Origin: Acaryochloris marina MBIC11017
Lineage (GTDB): Bacteria > Cyanobacteriota > Cyanobacteriia > Thermosynechococcales > Thermosynechococcaceae
Assembly (NCBI RefSeq): GCF_000018105.1
Contig: NC_009929.1
Location: 30,001-62,000, forward strand
DNA length: 32,000 bases
Direction: 5' to 3'
In this document: piece by piece, positions 9,106 to 17,145 of the stretch
Layout of the letters: each line of letters starts with the position of its first letter
How positions within the stretch are numbered: position 1 is the first letter of the stretch
Made by a program: the position numbers and the translations under genes
Notes under the pieces: generated by a model
Told to the model about the DNA's origin: nothing
What the model saw: only the letters and a program-made list of their open reading frames with translations
The model's database searches: none

Positions 9106-9568
9106 CTATTTGTTGATTAATAGCTTTAGGTGTGCAGTAATTATGTATAATCGGCATTTTTAAATTTATTCAATTGCCAAAAATTGAAACCCAGTAAAAT
9201 CGTCAATCTGAGCACTAATTTTGTACATCTGTGCAAATAGCGATGTACTGTACAAAAAGCTTTCATGTCCATTATTTCTTTAAACGCACAAGAATGAGCG
9301 ATTTATAGAATTAGCTGCACAACTTTGAATCGCTACAAACTAAATTCAGAGGCTGATCTGCTGATTTATAGGCAATGATACTCAAGAAGTGGAATTAAAG
9401 TTTTAGCTGCACTTTTTCTGAGAAAAAAATAAATTCTTTAAGGAATTAGTTGCATTATTTCTTCCAATCAGTCGATTCTCTATTGGTCTGAATCTCAAAT
9501 TTCGTTGAAGGGTCGCGTAAATTTATAGCTTTGCCCAGATAATTTAACGATGTCTGCCAAAAAAAGCC

Positions 9569-10525
9569 ATGACTGAACCTATTACCTTGTCAGCCGCAGT
9601 AATCGCTAATCTTGCCTTTCAAGAAATCCTAAAATCTAGTGCAGGTGAGGTTACAAAAAAGTTCACTGCTGATGCAATAGCTAAGATGAGCGAGCTTCGT
9701 CAAAAGATTTGGGCCAGACTAAGGGGTAAGTCTCAAAAAGTTGATGATGCTTTAAAGAATACTGAGCAAGGAGATTCTTCAGCTCTATCAACTATTGCCA
9801 AGAATTTAGATGTAGTGATGGATGAGGACGCTGAGTTTGCATCTCAAGTTCAGGCCATAGCTCAAACTATCAATGCTGGCAAAATTCTTGACCAGAGCAA
9901 TATGACACAGAATCTTTCAGATAATGCCAAGGGTTGGCAGACCAAAGTGGAAGGGGGAGTGGCGTATATTGGAGAAATTCATCAGCAGTTTACTGGAGAT
10001 CCAATACTTAAATACGAGCCTCCAACCATCAATTCTATAAGAGGCTTTCATAACGGCATGCAGTCTTTGGTTTTGGAAGACATTGGAAATGTACCCGTTA
10101 CAATAACTAAGGAAAAACACGAAGGAATTAATGGTGAATGTGATTACACAATTGAATTTGAGATTTTTAATAAAAGTAGAGCGGATCTGAAAATAAAAGC
10201 CATACTTGTCGAAGTCTTGTCTGTAGAACCGATTGAATCGATCATTGACTACATACCCTTATGTGGGTTGGGTGAAGCTCGACTGTATTCTTGCCGAGTT
10301 GATGGACGACCAGGAATATATCGATCGAACTTGTTAGAAAGTACATTTAGTGGATATATATTTCTTCAGAGCGGTGAGCAAGAAACTATCCAAATTGCTA
10401 TTAATACCAAGGATGAAGGGAAATACACGCTACGTTCTTTATTGGAATTATCAAGTGTTGATGGACTGAAGACAATATCAGTTGGTGAGTTTAACAATGT
10501 ACGATTTCTCAAACTTTCGAGATAG
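9569..10525 (+). CDS. Protein with the same N-terminal adaptor-like module as 6397-6825, fused to an unrelated beta-rich C-terminal domain (candidate effector or partner)
   Basis: 318-aa ORF. The N-terminal 100 or so residues are homologous to the NLR N-terminal module. About 95 nt upstream are also conserved at roughly 80 percent (CCCAGATAATTTAACGATRTCTGCCA...GCCATGACTGAA). Confidence 0.7.
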   Translation: MTEPITLSAAVIANLAFQEILKSSAGEVTKKFTADAIAKMSELRQKIWARLRGKSQKVDDALKNTEQGDSSALSTIAKNLDVVMDEDAEFASQVQAIAQTINAGKILDQSNMTQNLSDNAKGWQTKVEGGVAYIGEIHQQFTGDPILKYEPPTINSIRGFHNGMQSLVLEDIGNVPVTITKEKHEGINGECDYTIEFEIFNKSRADLKIKAILVEVLSVEPIESIIDYIPLCGLGEARLYSCRVDGRPGIYRSNLLESTFSGYIFLQSGEQETIQIAINTKDEGKYTLRSLLELSSVDGLKTISVGEFNNVRFLKLSR

Positions 10526-10689
10526 GCTCGATCATGAGAATGCTTTAGCGACAAGAATAGAATAAAAACTATAGCGCGCAGGTGCATCAAAGTATCTGTG
10601 AAAAATGAAGGTCCAGTTTCACTACTTTCCAGTGCCCATGTGTTTCACAAATGTTCGTGTTCACATGCAAGTAGTTGTCCGCTTCTACT

Positions 10690-10860
10690 CGGACTTGTCT
10701 GAGTGTGGTGGTAAGGTCGCACCTTATGCCGGGAGCAATGTTCTTAAACTAGGCCACCGCGTCTAGTTTGAGAATACAGGATAAACCTGTCGTGGCAGCT
10801 ACTAAATTGCCCCCGAGCAAGGGGGAACCCTAGAATCTCAAGGCCAACTCAAATTCTGAT
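10690..10860 (+). ncRNA. Type V-K (Cas12k) tracrRNA-like sequence; boundaries approximate
   Basis: The region is non-coding and structured, with hairpins TAAGGT-CGC-ACCTTA (10712-10726), ACAGG-ATAAA-CCTGT (10776-10790) and CCCCC-GAGCAA-GGGGG (10810-10825). GTGGCAGCTACTAAATTGCCCCCGAGCAAGGGGGAACCCTAG resembles, from memory, the 3' part of published Cas12k tracrRNAs (...CACCCCCGATCAAGGGGGAACCCTCC). Two collinear antiparallel anti-repeat patches are visible. AACCCTA (10826-10832) pairs with TAGGG(G)TT in the repeat. CCAAC-TCAAAT (10844-10854) pairs with ATTTGA(GG)GTTGG in the repeat. Confidence 0.55.
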
Positions 10861-11027
10861 TTCTTTAGATTGACTTGGTGCATTCCTCAAAACCCTCTAT
10901 GATTAAAAACTTTGGTGATTAGCCTCTTATCTTTTTGGATGCTTCTTTGCCAAGGTGATTCAATATGATTGTGATCCGCGATTTAATTGCTCAAAGTCAT
11001 GCCAGGACTAGGCTAATTAGAAGGTGG

Positions 11028-11136
11028 GTTGCAATGACATTTGAGGGTTGGTAGGGGTTGAAAGTCAGATCGGCTCTAGGCCATCGTCTTTTTCAAAACG
11101 TTGCAATGACATTTGAGAGTTAGTTGGGGTTGAAAG
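11028..11136 (+). CRISPR. Mini CRISPR array: two 37-nt repeats separated by one 35-nt spacer
   Basis: R1 at 11028-11064 is GTTGCAATGACATTTGAGGGTTGGTAGGGGTTGAAAG. R2 at 11100-11136 is GTTGCAATGACATTTGAGAGTTAGTTGGGGTTGAAAG, with 3 mismatches to R1. The spacer lies at 11065-11099. The 37/35 geometry and the GGGGTTGAAAG 3' end are typical of V-K repeats. The array lies about 170 nt downstream of the tracrRNA-like region and 174 bp from the element's right tip. Confidence 0.55.
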
Positions 11137-11346
11137 AACGTCGGCTTCCCAAATTCTTTTGTAATCCAGTTTTCTAAAAGATTTTTGTGCATGTAAAACT
11201 TTAAAACTGGAGGTTTTTATTTTCTTTATCTGCTAACTATTGAAAAAACGCAAATTCGTAAATTTTGCAGCTAATTCCTTAAAGCTGTGCGTTTAAAGAA
11301 ATAATGGACATTTCAATTTTTTTTAGATCAACCAATTCTGATTCCT

Positions 11347-11364
11347 AAATTCTGGGTAAGTTTC
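11347..11364 (+). promoter_or_regulatory. Conserved operon-leader box, copy 1 (AAATTCTGGGTAAGTTTC)
   Basis: One of four copies of AATTCTGGGTAA(T/G)(G/T)TT, each 30-55 nt upstream of a backbone gene start (here 11387/11393). Confidence 0.5.
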
Positions 11365-11386
11365 AACAGACCATCACGCAACTCTG

Positions 11387-13999
11387 TTGATCATGCCTCG
11401 ATATCCCAGAAGAATACTCAGCCTACTCCCCGCTGCTGCACTGGCACTGCAATCGTTTCCCGCAGTGGCTCAGATCATCAACCAACAAACCCTAGAAGCA
11501 GCCAACCATAACACCCAAACCCAGGAAGAGGGAACGATACCCGGACTCTACTATGACCCATCTGGTGTTGTGGCTCCAACCTTTGCCAATAGTCAAGCCT
11601 CAGAGACAGCGGGGAGTATTCGCTTACCCGCAGGTTCCCAAGCTCCTTCATTCCTTAACGGTGCATGGCCCGCGAATGCCAGCTCAGATCAAGTTCTCAA
11701 GATCGGTCACCTGAAAGATCATCCGCAGTTTAAGCAGTTTACGGAATTGAATATCAATGAGGTCTTAAAAGCCAGTGGCAAAGACCCTTCAACCGTAACC
11801 CTGTCTGAGGTGCCAATCGCATCAACAATGACAGTGGGAGAGTATCTGCAAATTAATCCTGGTGCTGCTGAGCAGTCCTTAGAAGACGCTCCCGCAGTGG
11901 TGCAATCTGCATTTGGGTACTACGAGGATGAACCCCTACTGCACGAACCCATTGATCAAACAGACATTGTTTTTATAGAACAGAAAGCATCCAACCCAGA
12001 GATATCTGATATCCCCGCTGAAGATTTACTACAGGGAGACTGGGGTGAAGCCTTCACCCAAGAGGAACAGAGTCAGCTATCGAAGACCCTCAGCAAGGTT
12101 AATGAACGTCTGCGAAAACTACCCTTAAAACAGCTTATTCCTTTAGCTCAAGGGATTGTCAGTGGCGATTGGGATACAGTCAAAAAGCAGGCCAAAGATC
12201 TAGCAATCAAGGAAGGTTCTAAAGTTCTGATCAAAGAGCTGATGAAGAATCCCAAAATCGCCAAAGCTATCAAGGATTTACCCTTGGGAACCTTACCCCT
12301 AGATAAGCTGGGATTGGCTGATGCGCCAGGGGTGGGAGAGACAGCGATAAAGGATATCCCAGGTTCTGAAGATAAGACCCTTAATCAAGTCCCTGGTCTT
12401 AAAGATGTGCCTCTTGACCAGATTGATTTAGCGTTGGCGTTGAGCTTCACTCGACTGGATTTGCTGGGGCGAATTGACACGACTGATGCTGCCGCAGTGG
12501 TCGATAACATCGACTATGTGATCAGTGGTGGGACCAAAGACCAAATTCCAAAACCTGCACCCTGTAAAATCGATGGGAAAGATACCAAGAACTGTCGTCA
12601 CTTTGAGTTAGATAACGTTGATGGGGGTGGCGAACCCACGAAGTTATCAGGGCAAGCCTGGATTCAAGGGCCTGATCAGATGGTGCCCGGTGGGCAAGGC
12701 TGGTTGAGAATTATAGCCAATGGCAAGGAAGTCACGGGGATTAAGCCTTGGGTGGCAGGCAATGTCAAGCTGTACCTGGAAGACATGAGGGAAGGGTCAG
12801 GGGATGAGGTGGGATCTGCCCGGTTGTCCACGGCATGGCAGTTTGGCTATTCAGATCCAATTACTGGAAGTCATTACACCCCTCATTTCATCAGGATTCC
12901 AACCCCCTGGCGCATTAAAGAAGGTGGAATCATGTTGCTTCTAGCTCGATCTGGGGGCATTCCTGATGCAATCCGTAATCTCCAGCCCAGTCAACAGCAG
13001 TTTTGCAGGGAACCTACATTGGTTGCCTCAGCACAAACGAACAATGCCACCGATTCAAATCAGACGACTGGTGGTGCTGATGGCAGCTCACCCCCCCATA
13101 GTGAACAACATCATATAAATCAGTATTTGGCCCGCATTGCTTATGGTGAATCTACTGGAGGTACTGATATTGGGCCTCATCCCGATACTGGTGCATATGG
13201 TGAGTACCAGTTTATACAGAAGAGTCGAGATACGCTTTATACCAGGACGGGTATTGATGCTTGGTCTGAAAGTAAAGAAGAACGTGATCGTGCTGCATTA
13301 GCTTGGATTGATATTTATGGTCAGGAAGTCGGCCATGACATCATCAGCTATATTCGTTCAGGAAATTTTGAGGCTGCTGATTATTTGTTGGGGCGTAATC
13401 AGTTCACCAGTCTCCCTGGAGGAGCTGAAGATGTGAAGTGGAATGATCCAGTTGCCCTTGAAGTCTATGGTCCTAATGGCAATGCTCCAGTTACACCTAC
13501 AGGTGCAAGTGCATCTTCCGGGGTTCCATTCTGTCAACCAACCAATGGCTCAGCTACTTTTGCCCAAGGTCCAGCACCGGAAGCAGGGCAGGTAAATGCA
13601 AGTATTTATCAAGCTGCAAGACAAATGTATGGGTTTGATACTTCAAGCGGGCCTGAAGGAGGAAGTCAAGCATGTGCTTGGGCTGTTGATCATGTCCTGG
13701 CTAAGGCAGGTATCGAACCGATGCGTACAGATAATGTCTTAAACGTCTTGGATAAGATGAAATCAGGAAGAGGTACTAGAATTAATTCTGGACAAGCTCA
13801 ACCAGGGGACATTATTCTCTCGAAGGGGTATGACCATATTGGAATATGCATGACGGCTGGTTGCACTGAAGTACTATCAAACTCATCCAGTAAAGCTTCA
13901 TTCTCTTGGCGATCTGATGGAACTTTCGATGGATGGTATGATCGCTCACGTTTTTTACATGAGGCACCTACGGAAGAAATTTGGAGAATCCAACGATGA
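11387..13999 (+). CDS. Secreted bifunctional cell-wall hydrolase for transfer: lysozyme/SLT-like domain plus C-terminal NlpC/P60-CHAP-like cysteine peptidase
   Basis: 870-aa ORF (TTG at 11387; the ATG at 11393 is the more likely start). It has a signal peptide, LSLLPAAALALQSFPAVAQ. The motifs AYGESTGG...GAYGEYQF resemble glycoside-hydrolase motifs. The C-terminus has a Cys...His pair (SQACAWAV ... GYDHIGIC) typical of NlpC/P60-CHAP. Confidence 0.65.
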   Translation: MIMPRYPRRILSLLPAAALALQSFPAVAQIINQQTLEAANHNTQTQEEGTIPGLYYDPSGVVAPTFANSQASETAGSIRLPAGSQAPSFLNGAWPANASSDQVLKIGHLKDHPQFKQFTELNINEVLKASGKDPSTVTLSEVPIASTMTVGEYLQINPGAAEQSLEDAPAVVQSAFGYYEDEPLLHEPIDQTDIVFIEQKASNPEISDIPAEDLLQGDWGEAFTQEEQSQLSKTLSKVNERLRKLPLKQLIPLAQGIVSGDWDTVKKQAKDLAIKEGSKVLIKELMKNPKIAKAIKDLPLGTLPLDKLGLADAPGVGETAIKDIPGSEDKTLNQVPGLKDVPLDQIDLALALSFTRLDLLGRIDTTDAAAVVDNIDYVISGGTKDQIPKPAPCKIDGKDTKNCRHFELDNVDGGGEPTKLSGQAWIQGPDQMVPGGQGWLRIIANGKEVTGIKPWVAGNVKLYLEDMREGSGDEVGSARLSTAWQFGYSDPITGSHYTPHFIRIPTPWRIKEGGIMLLLARSGGIPDAIRNLQPSQQQFCREPTLVASAQTNNATDSNQTTGGADGSSPPHSEQHHINQYLARIAYGESTGGTDIGPHPDTGAYGEYQFIQKSRDTLYTRTGIDAWSESKEERDRAALAWIDIYGQEVGHDIISYIRSGNFEAADYLLGRNQFTSLPGGAEDVKWNDPVALEVYGPNGNAPVTPTGASASSGVPFCQPTNGSATFAQGPAPEAGQVNASIYQAARQMYGFDTSSGPEGGSQACAWAVDHVLAKAGIEPMRTDNVLNVLDKMKSGRGTRINSGQAQPGDIILSKGYDHIGICMTAGCTEVLSNSSSKASFSWRSDGTFDGWYDRSRFLHEAPTEEIWRIQR

Positions 14000-14349
14000 G
14001 AAAGTTATTATTTGTAACTGCGTTAACTGTCCTAACTATCTTTAGCGGTATTCAAACTGCTCTAGCTAATGAGGAACAGCAGATAGCTAATGCTCTTATT
14101 CAGTCACTCCCTAAACCTGCTGAAGTAGAAAAGGTTGTTGTTTCAGGTTCTTATGCCTTAGTTAAGTGGGTAGGTGGCCCTACTGGAGGTATGGCAACTT
14201 TGATCAACACCGATAACGGGTGGCAGGTGATGTCGCAAACTACTCGTGGCTGGCCGTCTATCGAAATCTTTGCTAAAGAACGTGGAATGACTATTGAAGA
14301 GGCAGAGGAATTACTTGACGCCTATGATCCTAGTTGGCGTCAGTGGTAA
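13996..14349 (+). CDS. Small secreted protein
   Basis: The ATG at 13996 overlaps the upstream stop (ATGA). It has a signal peptide, MRKLLFVTALTVLTIFSGIQTALA. The ORF track begins 5 codons earlier at a TTG. Confidence 0.55.
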   Translation: MRKLLFVTALTVLTIFSGIQTALANEEQQIANALIQSLPKPAEVEKVVVSGSYALVKWVGGPTGGMATLINTDNGWQVMSQTTRGWPSIEIFAKERGMTIEEAEELLDAYDPSWRQW

Positions 14350-14383
14350 CGATAAACTTACTAATTTACCTTCAACACTCTCT

Positions 14384-14399
14384 AATTCTGGGTAATGTT
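14384..14399 (+). promoter_or_regulatory. Conserved operon-leader box, copy 2 (AATTCTGGGTAATGTT)
   Basis: Exact 16-mer lying 23 nt upstream of the coupling-protein start codon. Confidence 0.5.
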
Positions 14400-14421
14400 C
14401 TGGTAGTTTCCCAAAACTGCC

Positions 14422-16203
14422 ATGAGTCACCATACTGAACAACCTATACAACCCCCTCAGCAACCTAGTCCCCAGATTGACTTTCAGGTGTATGTGCTGG
14501 GTGGTCTTTTCCTTGTCATCCTCGTCCTCGTCGCCATCACCAAAGGAGAAATAGGACACAAGAAGCAAAAGCTTGGAGATGCCCGCACGGCAAAAGATAA
14601 TGAGATGAGGAAGGCTCAACATCTCGCCTATGATGCTCTTGAGAAACGTGAGCGGAACAAGATTACGCTGTGGGCAGGGGAACCTAAAGGGCTGACGATT
14701 GATAACGAGAATCGTGAGATATTCATACCCCGCGATCTGAATTCCTGGATCTTCTCCTACCTTGAGGAGCATTTTCTAACCTTTGGTTCTAGTGGTTGCG
14801 GTAAGACCTTCTCCCTTATGGCCCCCCTGCAACGAGCCATGATTAAGTTAGGGTTACCCCTGTGTGTTTTCGATGCCAAAGGCCATGAAGAGACCGAGGA
14901 TCAGGCTTGCCCATCTTCAGAGATTGCGGGCTATGCCAGACTTCATGGCTACAAGGTGAAGATCATCGCTCCTGGCGATAAAGATTCTGATGTCTTTAAC
15001 ATCTTCGACATGATGGAGGCTAAGGATGATAGACCTGCCTACGAAGACAAAGATAACGCCTATGTGATTTCTGATGTTCTCAATGAGAACATGCAGATGA
15101 ACAATGCAGATTCAGGTGATCAGTTCTTCCCCTTGGCCTCGAAACAACTGATGCAGGCCATGTTTATGTGGGCCAAGATGCTTGATCCAGATGGGGATGA
15201 ATTAATCCTCGCCTACTATCTCCTCAAGCGGGTGGCTCAAGTTGGTGCGGCTGGGATTGCTGCCTTAGATCTTCCCCCTTATGTTCAAATTGCGTTTGAC
15301 CAATTTCTCGTCAGTGCGGGAAGTCCTGAGACAGCAGCCAGTATTGCGGGTACAGCTTTGATCTTGTTTGGGCGAATGATTACCCCAGCGACCACAGCAA
15401 CATTCTGTGGCAAGTCCACGGTGGATTTGAATGTCACTGGCAAGACACTGGTTATCTTCAGATTGAATCCCAAGATGAAAGCTGCTACGGGTCCAATGTT
15501 GGCAACCACTATTCAGTGTTTCCTTCTCTCGAACTGCTATACAGCTCGTAAACAACCCTTGGCCTTTTTCTTAGATGAGTTCCAGATGATCAAGATCTGT
15601 GAAATTCAAAAGATTCTGACCGTTGCTCGATCCAATGGTGTGAGCCTCCTCTTTGCCACACAGGGAATGAGCTTTATTGAAGAGACTTATGGTGAAAAGA
15701 GAGCCATTGGCATTGTGGAAGGGTGTAAAACCCAAGTCCTAGGCCAGCTCAACGGGAACAAAGTCGCTGAATACTACGGTAAGCAGTTGGGCAAATCAGA
15801 GGTTGTCACTCGCAGTAAATCAAAATCAACTGGGAAATCCTCGTCAACTTCTAGGAATGATAGTCCTCATGCCAAAGATTTAGTTTCAATGGGTGAATTA
15901 ATGGGATTGCCCCAAGGCTCCTTCTACGTGCTGAGTCGAGCGATTGGTAATAAGAGGCTGGCTCGTATTCCCATGAGACGGAACTTCGTTATTCCTAAGT
16001 GGGAAACGGATGATGCCAAGCGAGGGGTTAAAGAATGGTTCAAATATCGAAAGGTTGCCCGCAAGCGTAGCAAGGCCAAGTCGATGTCAAACGAGGAGAT
16101 GATCCGGTATCGAGAAATGTCCGTTGCGATATTGCCAGATCCTAAAGATGATGACGACGATGATGGAGGCGATACCTTAGCAAAGGGAATTTCATCACTG
16201 TGA
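14422..16203 (+). CDS. Type IV coupling protein (VirD4/TraG family)
   Basis: 593-aa ORF with an N-terminal TM helix (VYVLGGLFLVILVLVAI), Walker A FGSSGCGKTFS and Walker B FFLDEFQM. The C-terminal tail is basic and then acidic. Confidence 0.8.
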   Translation: MSHHTEQPIQPPQQPSPQIDFQVYVLGGLFLVILVLVAITKGEIGHKKQKLGDARTAKDNEMRKAQHLAYDALEKRERNKITLWAGEPKGLTIDNENREIFIPRDLNSWIFSYLEEHFLTFGSSGCGKTFSLMAPLQRAMIKLGLPLCVFDAKGHEETEDQACPSSEIAGYARLHGYKVKIIAPGDKDSDVFNIFDMMEAKDDRPAYEDKDNAYVISDVLNENMQMNNADSGDQFFPLASKQLMQAMFMWAKMLDPDGDELILAYYLLKRVAQVGAAGIAALDLPPYVQIAFDQFLVSAGSPETAASIAGTALILFGRMITPATTATFCGKSTVDLNVTGKTLVIFRLNPKMKAATGPMLATTIQCFLLSNCYTARKQPLAFFLDEFQMIKICEIQKILTVARSNGVSLLFATQGMSFIEETYGEKRAIGIVEGCKTQVLGQLNGNKVAEYYGKQLGKSEVVTRSKSKSTGKSSSTSRNDSPHAKDLVSMGELMGLPQGSFYVLSRAIGNKRLARIPMRRNFVIPKWETDDAKRGVKEWFKYRKVARKRSKAKSMSNEEMIRYREMSVAILPDPKDDDDDDGGDTLAKGISSL

Positions 16204-16218
16204 ATTCTGGGTAATGTT
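16203..16218 (+). promoter_or_regulatory. Conserved operon-leader box, copy 3 (AATTCTGGGTAATGTT)
   Basis: Exact 16-mer overlapping the last base of the T4CP stop codon, 28 nt upstream of the 16246 start. Confidence 0.5.
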
Positions 16219-16245
16219 CAAACATAGAATTCAAAATCTAAATCT

Positions 16246-16668
16246 ATGACTGAACCAACAGAATCACAATTACAGTTCACGGAATTACAATTACAAGCCC
16301 TTCAATCCCTTGGGCTGAGTACTCCAGACTTATACGCTCAATATCCCAACTCTCATCACAATGCCATTGAAACCATTGAGCAACGGGGTACTGAAGTATT
16401 GCCGAAAGATACTGTCATCAATGAAATGCAGATCTACTACGGTGATGTCGCCTATGTTGCGGCAGTGACCTATCGGGGTGGGAAGCTGGTCGGCTTTGAT
16501 CCCGTCGCCTACGCTCAACCTGCTGACAACGAATGTGTGAGCTATCGAATCAATGGTGTGTGGGCTTACATCCAGGTTGCAGGGCAAACCCTCCTAGACC
16601 TGATTGGAGAGATTGAGCTTCCACCGATGCCCACGGAGCAAGACCTTTTGGCATTGGTTGCAGCCTAA
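16246..16668 (+). CDS. Hypothetical protein
   Basis: 140-aa ORF on the same strand and in the same operon context as the coupling protein. No recognisable motif. Confidence 0.5.
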   Translation: MTEPTESQLQFTELQLQALQSLGLSTPDLYAQYPNSHHNAIETIEQRGTEVLPKDTVINEMQIYYGDVAYVAAVTYRGGKLVGFDPVAYAQPADNECVSYRINGVWAYIQVAGQTLLDLIGEIELPPMPTEQDLLALVAA

Positions 16669-16710
16669 ATCCTCATTTCTTTATTCAAAACATTGTGGAG
16701 ATAAATAATC

Positions 16711-16977
16711 ATGGCGGACGTTTTAGATAATGGTGGTAACGCCCAAGAAGGCCAACAGATCAACGAAACCTTGATCAACGGTACTGCCGAGCGGTTGCAG
16801 CAGCTCATTCAGCTTGCCTGGGCAATCCTACAAAAAGGTGATCAGTGGGCGCGTGGTTTGGAGTTGGGTAATAAGCAGCTACTCCCGGAAACTACGACCC
16901 TGAACGATCTGGATGCAGCCGAGAAAGCGGTACAAGATCCCAAAAATACAGCAGTGGAGGTGAATGCAGTTGAGTGA
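16711..16977 (+). CDS. Hypothetical small protein whose stop codon is supplied by the IS21 terminus
   Basis: 88-aa ORF preceded by GGAG (16697-16700). Its TGA (16975-16977) is the first 3 nt of the IS terminal repeat TGACAATTA. Reading across the IS, the frame would continue for 9 codons (FCPWRDHLR*) at 19516. Confidence 0.5.
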   Translation: MADVLDNGGNAQEGQQINETLINGTAERLQQLIQLAWAILQKGDQWARGLELGNKQLLPETTTLNDLDAAEKAVQDPKNTAVEVNAVE

Positions 16978-17145
16978 CAATTACGTAGACAGAGGTTGTC
17001 AATTGCATAGTCTTCTCTAGGAATCAGGATCTAGTTCAATCCAGAGATCACATCTGCAGAGAGAGCATCAGTCACTTTCGATTTTTTATATCCCCATACA
17101 GGAAAGACACTAGGGTTTGTACTCCTACGCAATTAGGAACCTCTA

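Larger units (their letters stand above)
6085..9254 (+). mobile_element. Non-autonomous Tn7-like element A (cargo: NLR-like STAND gene)
   Basis: The left end TGTCCAATACATCGCTATTTGCACAGATGTACAAAATTAGTGCTCAG matches the reverse complement of the right end (TGTACAGTACATCGC...GTGCTCAG) at 45 of 47 positions. The termini read TGT...ACA. A 5-bp direct duplication, AAAAG, lies at 6080-6084 and 9255-9259. Subterminal AATTAGNTGC(A) sites lie at 6119 and 6211, with inverted copies at 9132 and 9210. The element encodes no transposase. Confidence 0.75.
9266..11310 (+). mobile_element. Non-autonomous Tn7-like element B, a CAST-derived mini element (cargo: adaptor-effector gene, tracrRNA-like sequence, mini CRISPR array)
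   Basis: A perfect 25-bp terminal inverted repeat, TGTCCATTATTTCTTTAAACGCACA, lies at 9266-9290 and as the reverse complement of 11286-11310. The termini read TGT...ACA. A 5-bp duplication, TTTCA, lies at 9261-9265 and 11311-11315. Subterminal sites AATTAGCTGCAC (9309), TTTAGCTGCAC (9402) and AATTAGTTGCA (9444) have inverted copies at 11266 and 11187. No tns or cas gene is inside. Confidence 0.75.

Noticed and set aside
11345-11364. Similarity between the sequence after repeat 2 (CCCAAATTCTTTTGTAATCC) and the conserved box region (CCTAAATTCTGGGTAAGTTT)
   Set aside because: The match needs an indel and has several mismatches, and its orientation and distance do not fit V-K targeting geometry. 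It is treated as coincidence.
11361-11397. GTTTCAACAGACCATC... as a further degenerate CRISPR repeat
   Set aside because: It lies outside the element, beyond the TSD. It lacks the GTTGAAAG 3' end and overlaps the leader and start of the hydrolase gene.
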